Shown here piece by piece: positions 53,700 to 64,000 of a stretch of 64,000 nt of DNA (its first letter is position 1; each line of letters begins with the position of its first letter). Source of the stretch: the human T2T-CHM13v2.0 reference genome, Homo sapiens. Position numbers and translations under genes: made by a program. The stretch is from assembly GCF_009914755.1 (NCBI RefSeq), contig NC_060931.1; one strand, written 5' to 3'. The notes under the pieces were generated by a model, which saw only the letters and a list, made by a program, of their open reading frames with translations, was not told the DNA's origin and made no database searches.

Positions 53700-56420
53700 T
53701 ACAATCAGTGAACAAAACGGCAAAGATCTCCGCTCTTGTGGGACTTACGTTCAAATGGGGGAGGTAGGCAATAAATAACACTAAACATGATGTAAAAAGT
53801 AAACGATACAGTATGCTGAAAGGTGATTAAGGGCTATTGAGAATAAAGGTAGAGCAGGTAATGGAGATTAAGAGTGCTAAGGTGGAGAAGGGGAAGCGTG
53901 CAATTATAAATAGAGTGTCAGGGTAGGGCTCACTGAAAGGGTGGTATTTGAGCAAAAACTTGAAGGAGGCAAGGAACTTACATGTGAGGTATCTGGAGCA
54001 GAGCATTCTAGGCAAAGAGAAAAGCTCAGAGGAAAGCCCAAAGGTGAGAACACACCTGCTGAGTGAAGGAAGGAGGCCGAGGCCAGTGGGATTGCAAGAA
54101 GGAGAGTGGTGAGACATAAGGGGAGAGACATAATGAGATCATGGTGGGACTCCTCGATCTTGTAAGGACTGGCTCTGGCTCTAAATGAAATGGGAACCAT
54201 TACAGACTTTTGGACAGAGAAATGAGACCCAATGTTAACAGGATCACTCAGGCTGCTGCATTGAGAATGGATAGCAGGGGATGAAGAAAGAACCAAGGAG
54301 CCCAGTAAGATGATGATGTCTTCAACCAGGGCAGTAGTAGAAGTGATCAGATTATGGCTACATTTTGAAAAGAGTGTGTTTCAGTCACCACAGGTAGTTA
54401 AGCTGCAGTAGCAAGAGGCTCCCAAATCTCAACAGCTTACAACACTTCATGTCCAGGGAGGGCTGACTATGACTCTGCTCCTTGTTGATATGGCTCTGGG
54501 TCCAGGCTGGTAGAGCAGCCTCCATCTGGAACATCTTAAGCTATTGTGACAGAGGGAGAAAGGAGACATGGAAACTACATGCTAGCTCTTAAAGCACCCA
54601 CCAGAAATGATGTCTATCAATTCTGCTCACATTTCTTCAGCTACAGCAAGTTGTATGGCCACTCCTATTTTCAACAGAGTGGGGATATTTAATACTCCTG
54701 CAGGGAGAGGCACAGCAGGAGGAAAAATTAGATTATTTGGGGAAAAGTAATACTATCTATTATCAGCCATTCAGAGCCAACAGAATTTCCTGATAGATTG
54801 AATGTGAGGTATAAGTGAAAAAAAGCATCAAGAAAGACTTGAAAATCTTGGCCTGAGCAACCACAAAAATGGAGCAACCATCAACCCAAATGGTAAAGCT
54901 GTCAGTGAAAAAGTTTATAGTGGTAGATCAGGAGCTCACTTTTCGACATGTTCAGGTCAAACTGCCTATCAGACATTCAAGTGGAGACGTCAAGTGGGAA
55001 GCTGGATAATATAGTGTGGATTTCAGGTCAGATACCTAGACTGGAGGCATAAATTTGGAAAACATCATCACATGGTTGGCATTTAAAGCCCTAAGCCAGG
55101 TGCGATCACTGAGAGTAAGTGTAGACAGAGAAAGTAGAAGACCAAAGGCTGAGCTGAGCCAAGCCAACAGGAGGAGTTAAGGAAAAAGACAAGGAATTCA
55201 CCGGGGGAAACTGAGACTGAGAAGGATTCAGCAGTGAAGAAACCCAAGACAGTGTTACGAAGACCAAGTGAAGAAGTCTCATCAAAGGAGCAGCAAGGGA
55301 ACCAATTATGTCATATCTGCTGGAGACTGAGAACTTTACCATTGGATTTAGCAATTTAGAAGTCATTTGGTGACCTCGAGAAGAGTAGTTTCCATGGGGT
55401 GGCAGGAGTGAAAGCCTAGATAATACGAGTTTAACAGAGAATAGGGAAGAATTAAAGTCAGAAAGTATAAGCCACATTTTGAGTTTTGCTACAAAAAGAG
55501 GCATAGAAATGGGGCTAGCAGAGGAAGTGGGGTCAAAGAATGTTTTATTCTTTTTTAAGATTGGATGCAAATAGCATAGAAATAAATGTTAATTAGAATA
55601 GGCCCAGGAATGTGTGAAAATTTATACAAGAAAAAGAGGAAAGACTTGCTGGTGTGCTACCCTTAACGAACAGAAGTTGATGGGAGGATGTAGTTTTAGA
55701 CAGGAGCACAGTTAGATAGACCACCCAGGTACAGACAGGAAGGATGCAAATGCCAAGTCATTTGTAGAAGTTGGGAGCAGGTGGGGACCATGTGGAGGCT
55801 CTCTTCTTATTGCTTTCCTTTGTTTAGTAAAGTGGGAAACAAGATCATCAGCTGACAGTGAGGATGGGGAAGAGGAGTTGGAGATTTGAGGCAAGGAAAA
55901 GGTGTGAGTGAAATGGTCACCAAGGATAAAAATCAGTGATGGCCTCTGGGGGTGGTGGTGCAGGAATTGGCTGGGAAGTGATTTAAAGGAACTTTCCGGG
56001 GTGATGGTCGTGTCCTATATCTTGCTGGGGTATGGGTTACATGATGAATGCATTTGTCAAGTCACCAAACTACACACTTACAATCTGTGCATTTCACTGA
56101 GAATAAATTACACCTCAATTCAAATGGAAGGAGAAAGAGGAGGGAAGGGTAAAGGAGGAGGAGGAGTAAAGTCACCCAGGAAAGTGGAAGAGTGAATAGA
56201 GAAGTGTGGCATTAAAGGCCCACTTGAGGTTTATGGCCATTAATTCAATTGACATCAGGGTGGTGGTGTGTTAACTCACCTGCCACAATCAACTGCACAG
56301 GTGTCAGGCAGAGTTGAATTTATCCAGGGTTTTGCTAGACAGTTACTGTGAATCAAAAGCAGTAGGTAAAGGAGTGTTTGTAATGACTGACTACAGCGAC
56401 TGTAGTTTTAAAAATAGGGC
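53700..56420 (-). mobile_element. Long L2a remnant with MLT1 (about 54375-54765) and L1M (about 55925-56120) insertions
   Basis: agagcattctaggcaaagag; ccattggatttagcaatttagaagtcatt; aagatcatcagctgacagtgagg. Confidence 0.8.
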
Positions 56421-57998
56421 TTTATTGTGCGTGACTGTGGGTCAAATCCACTAACAGGTAGAAATAGATGTCAAGGCTATCACAGTAGCAACACTTATGT
56501 ATTTAAAGGAAATATACTTCCTTGTTGACCTGACTTGTAATCAGCATCACTGATGCTTTTAATCACCTCTGATTGCATCTCATTCTGTTAAATGTATTCA
56601 CGTGCTCTTTGGAGCATTCTTACTCTAAGGAAAAGGAACTCCTTTGGGAGGACAGGCAGAAATACATGATTTATACATGAAATACAGCCACGTTTTTCTG
56701 CTACTAACCATGGAGGCCAATTACCCACTTAGCCTTCCTTGGTTTCAGGTAGTAAAACCTGCTATTGCCATCAAAGGACTGCCTCATGGGTGAAGTGATT
56801 AATGTCCCAGGAGATACGATTCCTGAAGCACAATCAAGTTCCTCCCTCCTGAATACATCCTTTCTTACCTAAAGTCTTGGCTAATGTCCGAATGACACCA
56901 GAATGACAGTCTTAAGGCTTAAGGTTTTAATCATAAATTAAAGTTCAAGTGATCTTGTTATCAATCAATTATACTTTCTCCTTGAATTTATCCCATCCTA
57001 CTTTCTGCACTCCCACCCTCTCCCCACACAATGTTTTGACAGAAGTGTGAGGATTTGAGAAGTTCCCCAGACAAAGAGCTCTGTCTCAGGACCTCATGGT
57101 GCTCTTCTGTCTTCCAAGAGTCCCACTCACAGCCCCACTGCTCCTCAACTCAAATCCCAGGAAGTGAGACGCCCACAAGTTACTGATGCTTCTCTGCAGA
57201 CACAATCACTGACCTTCCCTTTTGCTACCTTGACTCTACAATCCAGCTTCCGCAATCCACCTACACCAGCCTGTTTGGGACAACTTCCTTACCGAAGGGT
57301 CAAGGTAATTTTAAAAGAAAACAAGGAAAAGTTAAGCTAAGTGCTAGATTTGGCTTTCTTCAGAATCCTAAGACAACAAGCACTGGAGATGTTAACTCTT
57401 CACAACAGGGTTCCTGCTTGGACTCAGAAGCAACCTGTTGTAACCTGACTCCAATCTCCTCACACCCACAGCTCACCCTCAAAGAGACCCTTGCTTCTAG
57501 TTTTCAGGAGGAAAACCTCCACCACCTTCTGGAAATTTGTGCCTCTCACCCAGGAGGATCCATCCTCTACCTAGAATGCATCTACCCTCCCCCATTAGAT
57601 CATGTCCCCTTACCTGGGCCTTTCATCAGGGGCTTCAGTAAGACCATCAACCACATCTGTTGATGCCGCCGTGCACTTCTGAACAATCAGAGATTGGGAG
57701 AGGAGGGGCTGTCCAGGGCAAGCATCTAGCCCTCCAGCCAACCTCCTGCTGAGAACTCACCTGAAAGCTGAGAGCACTCTCCAATTTAGTTAACACCTGT
57801 TGATCTAAAGAGGGACCCATTACACCAAGTCCTTCCACACGTTCTTCAGGGGCTAACGTTAATTTTCACAGACAGTTGAAACCCATAATGAGGAAGAAAA
57901 TATTTACTCAAGTTGTTGAAATTTTTCCTTCCATAGAGTCAGGAAGTCACATTCATGCACAGATGCTGTTTCTTTCTTGTCCTTTCTTTCACATTCTT

Positions 57999-58313
57999 TT
58001 TTTTCTCTTTTTTCTTTTTTTTTGAGACTGAGTCTTGCTCTATCACTCAGGCTCGAGTGCAGTGGGTCGATCTTGGCTCACCACAACCTCCATCCCCTAG
58101 GTTCAAGCCATTCTCCTGCCTCAGCCCCTCAAGTATCTGGGATTACAGGCACATGCCATCACACCCGGCTAGTTTTTGTATTTTTTTTTTTTTTAGTAGA
58201 GATGGGGTTTCACCATGTTGGCCAGCTGGTCTTGAACTCCTGACCTCAAGTGATCTACTCGCCTTGGCCTCCCAAGGTGCTGGGATGACAGGCACAAGCC
58301 ACCATGCCCAGCC
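57999..58313 (-). mobile_element. AluS-like
   Basis: 16-bp TSD tttctttcacattctt at 57983-57998 and 58315-58330. Confidence 0.96.
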
Positions 58314-58398
58314 TTTTCTTTCACATTCTTGATGGTATCTCCTTTGTGAAAAAGAAAAGCTTTGAGACAAGTGAGTGTTGAGGGTTTGTTGTTAGTCT

Positions 58399-58966
58399 TG
58401 TAAACCCAAGAGCATCTTAGACAAGTCTCAATCAATTTAGAAAGTTTATTTTGCTAAGGTTAAGGACATGCGTATGACACAGCCTCAGGAGGTCCTGACA
58501 ACATATGCCCAAGGTAGTTGGGATATAGCTTGCTTCTATACATTTTAGGGAGACATAATAATACATTAGTCAATACATGTAAGGTTTACATTGGTTCCAG
58601 CTGGAAAGGGTGGGGGCCTTCCAGGTCACAGGTATTCTGAGTGACAGTTGGTTGAAGGAGTTATCATTAGTAGAAAGGAAGGTCTGGGTTATAATAAGGG
58701 ATTGTGGAGACCTAGGTTTTATCATGCAAATGAAGCCTCCTAAAGCCAAGTAGCAGGCTTTAGAGAGAATAGACTGCACGTGTGTCTTATCAGACTCAAG
58801 GTCTGTGTTGATGATAATGCTGGAGGGGTATAATGAAGCATGTTCGACCCCCACTTCCTGTCATGGCCTGAACCAGTCTTTCAGGTTAAATGTTAGAGTG
58901 CCCTGGCTGGAAGGCAGTCCATTCAGATGGTTGCAGGAGGCCTTGGAATTGTATTTTTGGTTTACA
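58399..58966 (-). mobile_element. MER4-family ERV1 solo LTR
   Basis: Minus strand starts tgtaaaccaaaaatacaattcc; 4-bp TSD GTCT at 58395-58398 and 58967-58970. Confidence 0.9.
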
Positions 58967-59332
58967 GTCTGCTCAGCTCTCATCTCGGGTAAAGCAAGGC
59001 AGTGGTCTAGCTGGGTATTTTCCACACTGATGATGTTTAAGTGCAGGGTGATGTTATATCCCAGGTATTCTTTCCTTCCCTCCTTATGTGAATCGCCCCT
59101 CACACTTAAAGGATAAGGAGAGAGACAAGTGGCCAGGGGAGGGTTCATGGCCTAGCAACATGGAGGAGGCATGAACTCAGGCTGATAACTGTGATGGCAC
59201 GAAGCACGCGGTAGGGGCGCAGGTAGATGAGGAAACCAGTGGCAAATAGAGCCGAGTCATGAATGAACCAACAACCGTGCTACTCCTAGGCCTTTGGCAA
59301 TATAATTGCCTTCATTGTTCTGAGGCCTAGCT

Positions 59333-60066
<734 letters not shown>

Positions 60067-60521
60067 AAATTTAATAACTATTTGTCAAACATATGTAGAA
60101 AAAAGTAACAAATTTCCATAAATATTGATAAGACTGATGAATACAATTGAGAAGCAATCAGCAAGGAACAAATTGGTGACTAAGTATTAGTATTATATAC
60201 AGTATAGTAAGTTATAGATGAAATAGCATACCCAGTAGTAAAAATATAGTTACCATAAAGCGCAAGTACTTGATGCCTAAAATCTATTTCTATGAAAGTT
60301 TGTTCACAACTACATTCTATTTTTCTAAATACTAGTTATTAATAATATATTTGCCCACAAAAAAATGCTTTTACATATAATTACTTCATTTAAGCTTCAC
60401 AAAAAGCCCATAGGCAGAGTGTTATTCTCTTCATTTTGATTTATGAGAAAAGGGCTCAAAAAATCCAGTGGCTTTCCTAAGGCTATACAGAAAAACTGAG
60501 ACAGCCACCTACATCTTCCCT

Positions 60522-60930
60522 CTTAGGTCAAGTTTCCTAGAAGCAGAGCCTGACATGAGGATTCTCATGCTAGTAATTTATTGAGGGAGCGAACACCTGT
60601 ATGTGCATAAGGGAAGTAGAATAGGACAGGGGAAGGGGCTGGGCTAAGATATGGGTCAGCTAGAGTTTATCACTAGCCTGATGCCGTGGGGAGCTCTGGA
60701 GCATGAGTGCTCCACAAATTTTTCCTGCCTTGAGACAAGAGAGCGAGGCTTTTATATCCCTTTATCAATCATTCATTGCCTCTTGCCCTCCAACCCCACC
60801 CCACCCCTGGTGGATGGAAGCTGCATCTCTGGGCAAGGAGCTTACACTCATGGAGTCTACAGCACCTGGAAGATGGGTACCATGGCCAGGTAATGGACTT
60901 CTGGGCCAAGCACCACCACTATCTACCACA
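60522..60930 (-). mobile_element. LTR33-like ERVL LTR relic
   Basis: tcttaggtcaagtttcctagaagcagagcctgacatgaggattc...tttattgaggga. Confidence 0.6.
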
Positions 60931-61199
60931 TCTTCTGAATCCAAGTCTACAATTGTTTTCATTATGTAACTTTTAATATTTTAAAAATTACATTTTATAA
61001 TAATGATGAGCCTGCAATGTTTTCAAAGTCAAAAGATTTATTAAGCACTTACTCTGTAAGGATATAGGAGGATGAAAAAATTATGAAGAAAAAAATACAA
61101 AATCATGATTCAAGTAATTTTTTCATTCTTTTTGAGACAATCTTTGCATGCAAGTTTCCATTTCAAGAAGTTTTCCTCACTTCCCAGTGAAATGACATT

Positions 61200-61300
61200 A
61201 CGTATATATAGATATACTCTATATATACATACACATATATATGTATATATGCATATATATATATATATACACATTGTATGTGTGCGTGTGTGTATGTGTG
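61200..61300. repeat. Imperfect (TA)n/(TG)n low-complexity tract
   Basis: Seen directly. Confidence 0.9.
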
Positions 61301-61337
61301 TAATTCTGAATAGGTTCTTAAAAAACAAAAAGGGAAC

Positions 61338-61855
61338 TATATCAGTTAGAATTAGATTTGGCTATAGAACCAGCACAAAATGACAGTAGCTTAAACAAAA
61401 CAGTTTCTTTTTCTCTCACATAAAAGAAATCTAGAAATAAGCATTTCAGAGCTGTTATGGTGATTATCACAGACCCTGGCTTCTTCCAGTTTTTACCTCC
61501 ACCATTCTTCTTTGTGGTTCAATGTGATTGCTAGAGCTCCAGCTATTGCATTCGTGTCTCAGGCAGAAAGATGAAGAAAAAAGAAAGGAGGCCATGTTCT
61601 CTCTCTTTAAAGATATTAGTGTGTACTCCCACACGATTTCTGTTTATGTTTCATCGGTCAGAACTTAGTTACAGGGTCATATCTGACTGCAAATAATTTG
61701 GGGAATGTAGGGTTGTTGTTCTTTTGTGGGTTGTTTGTTTGTTTGTTTGTTTGTTTGTTTGTTTAGCTTGGCAGTCATGTGCCCAGCTGGAATTTGGGGT
61801 TCTCTTATTAAAGGAGAGATATTTGGGAGTAGACAACCAGCAGTCTCTGCCACAG
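61338..61855 (-). mobile_element. MLT1J/K-like MaLR LTR
   Basis: acagtagcttaaacaa...ttctctcacataaaagaaatctaga...gggagtagacaaccagcagtctctgccaca. Confidence 0.75.
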
Positions 61856-62914
61856 ACACCATTTTACTCCAGAAACTTTGAGGCTTTTTGGAAAATATGA
61901 AAAATCTAGGATCAGATTAAAGGAAAGCCAAGCAGAGCCTTCATTCTATTAAGTAAGTTGCCTTCCCCAACAGAGCTCCAGAAAAACCTCTTGCTCAAAA
62001 GCTGCAAGATCTGGAAACAAGGTGGGCCATGAGGTAAATACCAATGAAAAAAAGAAAAAAAAAAAAGGATGATGTACAGTTAAGCAGAGCAGCCAGCCCC
62101 ATCCTTCCTCCTCCCCGGCCTCAGTGAGGTCTACTGCTAAATAAAGCAGTTGAGGGTTTGCCACGAGCTCCTCACATGGGTTGCACTTCTGACTACATTC
62201 TGGCTGCCACACCCAGCAGGGAGGGAAGAAAGGCTGAGCAACAGAGTGAAAATCACACACAAGCTCAGCCTCCATGCTCTGTAACTCATTCCTTCCTTCC
62301 CAGGGTATGACAGCTCCAACTGGGGTTGGATCCTTGCATCCTTGGATCCTACCGGCAGAGGCCGTTGAGAAAGCAGTTGACAAGGAGCACCAAAAAGACT
62401 TCAGAGACTTCAATGCCCTCAGATACCTCACCATCACATTGGTCCCTAAGCTTCACTACTTAAAGAAGGACTTGTACATGGAGACCTGAGTTTAGGGGTG
62501 CCACATTCCAAATGTTTTCCAGTGATGCTTTAACACCTCTTAAAAAATGGTGCCCATCTTTCTATGTCTGGTTGGTCTGTCCCCTTAATGTGGCTCTCAC
62601 TGGGTGGCACCTCACTGTGCTGTCTACATACTAACTACAGACATGATATAATAATTTAAAGATGATTTTAAAAGCTAATAGTGATATAAATGTACATTCT
62701 TCCCATCATGGAATACTGAACACATCAAGCCTGTTCCTGCTATAGGGACCTTTGATCAAGCTATTTCTCCTGCTTGGAAAGCTCTTCCCTCAAGCTTCAC
62801 AAGGCTGGGTTCCCATCATTCTCCTTTTATCTCAAATGTTGCCTCCTTAGAGGAGTCTTCTTTAACCACCCCAATCTAAATTCATCATCCCCCACTCCAA
62901 GTGCCTCTCTGGTG

Positions 62915-63060
62915 TGCAGCCCTCACCAGACAACTGAACCTGCAGATTCCTTGGTCATGGACTTTCCAGCCTCTAGAACTGTAAGAAAATACATTTCTAG
63001 TTTTTACAAATCACCCAGTCTCAAGTATTCTGTTTCAGCAGCACAAAATAAAGTAAGACA
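62915..63060 (+). mobile_element. MST/MLT1 MaLR LTR 3' fragment within L2
   Basis: ggactttccagcctctagaactgtaagaaaatacatttc...aagtaagaca. Confidence 0.75.
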
Positions 63061-63162
63061 CTGTTACATATTTCATTGTCCATTAACAGTTGTGGGGTTT
63101 TTTTGTGTGTGTGCATGTGTGTGTGTGTGTGTATGTGTGTGTGTGGGTGTTTTCATAGTATG

Positions 63163-63470
63163 GGCCTGGTGCCGTGGCTCATGCCTATAGTCCCAGCACT
63201 TTGGGAGGCCGAGGCAGGTGGATCACTTGAGGCCAGGAGTTTGAGACCGGCCTGGCCAACATGCTGTAACCCTGTCTCTACTAAAAATACAAAAATTAGC
63301 CAGGCGTGGTGGTGCATACCTGTAATTCCAGCTATTCAGGAAGCAGAGGCATGAGAATCGCTTGAACTCAGGAGGCAGAGTTTGCAGTGAACCAAGATCA
63401 CGCCACTGCACTCCAGCCTGAGTGACAGAGTGGGATTGTCTAAAAAAAAAATTAAAATAAATAAAATAAA
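63163..63470 (+). mobile_element. AluS-like, preceded by (TG)n at about 63105-63145
   Basis: TSD atagtatg at 63155-63162 and 63471-63478. Confidence 0.96.
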
Positions 63471-64000
63471 ATAGTATGCACTGAAGAGCATTGCCCCACA
63501 ATTCATCTCAACATTACTAGATTAAATGATTTAAATTATTTGATGAGCTCATGTTTAATTTTAAAATTATAATGAATTATTAGCCTTTTGATAATATTTA
63601 ATGTTCATTAATGAAATTTCAAACTCCACAACCCATTTTATTAACATAGCATGCATATTTCCTAATAAAACAAAGCTGTGAAGCATTCATTACCTACTAA
63701 AAATTACACAGTGGGACCGTTATAACTTATGTCTCATCTTCTCTCCTTTCAACTGGAAAAGTCCTGGAACATTTATCACGGGGAATAAGTAAGAAAGGAA
63801 GGGAGAAAATGAGTCACCTTCTATTCCTGCTAGCAAATTCTATTTGGCTTCTTCCACCACCACCTCCTGTCCATCCTTCTGGTGCAAAAGACCAGAGAAA
63901 TTGGGGGACAGTAACAAGATAGTTGAAGGAGGTTACCAGAAGTTGCATCAGATGAAATAATCGGGAGAAAGAATTTGTAAAACGACACTTCCCAGTAAGA

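Noticed and set aside
55106-55570. 154-aa minus-strand ORF
   Set aside because: Lies within a decayed L2 element; chance open frame
61949-62437. 162-aa minus-strand ORF
   Set aside because: GTG start, runs through a poly-T tract (FFFFFF), no recognisable domain

Overview
Primate, very probably human, repeat-dense intergenic or intronic DNA. I find no credible protein-coding gene: the ORFs I could place are Alu, L1, LTR or microsatellite read-through. The window holds about 18 Alus, L1PA/PB/MB/MD fragments, L2, L3/CR1 and MIR relics, DNA transposons (MER5, MER63, Tigger4a, MER45, a long Charlie remnant), many solo LTRs with readable target-site duplications (TSDs), a degenerate 5S rRNA pseudogene and a complete non-coding MER41-type provirus. 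Main observations: (1) the provirus at 45953-51826 is bounded by an ATAG TSD outside the normal LTR end, and both LTRs are extended by about 150 bp of tandem att/primer-binding-site (PBS)/splice-donor units, which suggests priming from a downstream PBS copy; (2) an L1PB insertion whose 5' junction carries a 62-bp inverted copy of DNA located about 0.9 kb beyond its 3' end; (3) a MER41B LTR retaining one GAS site next to an AP-1/ETS cluster; (4) a four-level transposon nest; (5) local duplications. Subfamily names come from memory of consensus sequences and need RepeatMasker/Dfam confirmation. Boundaries without a TSD are approximate.
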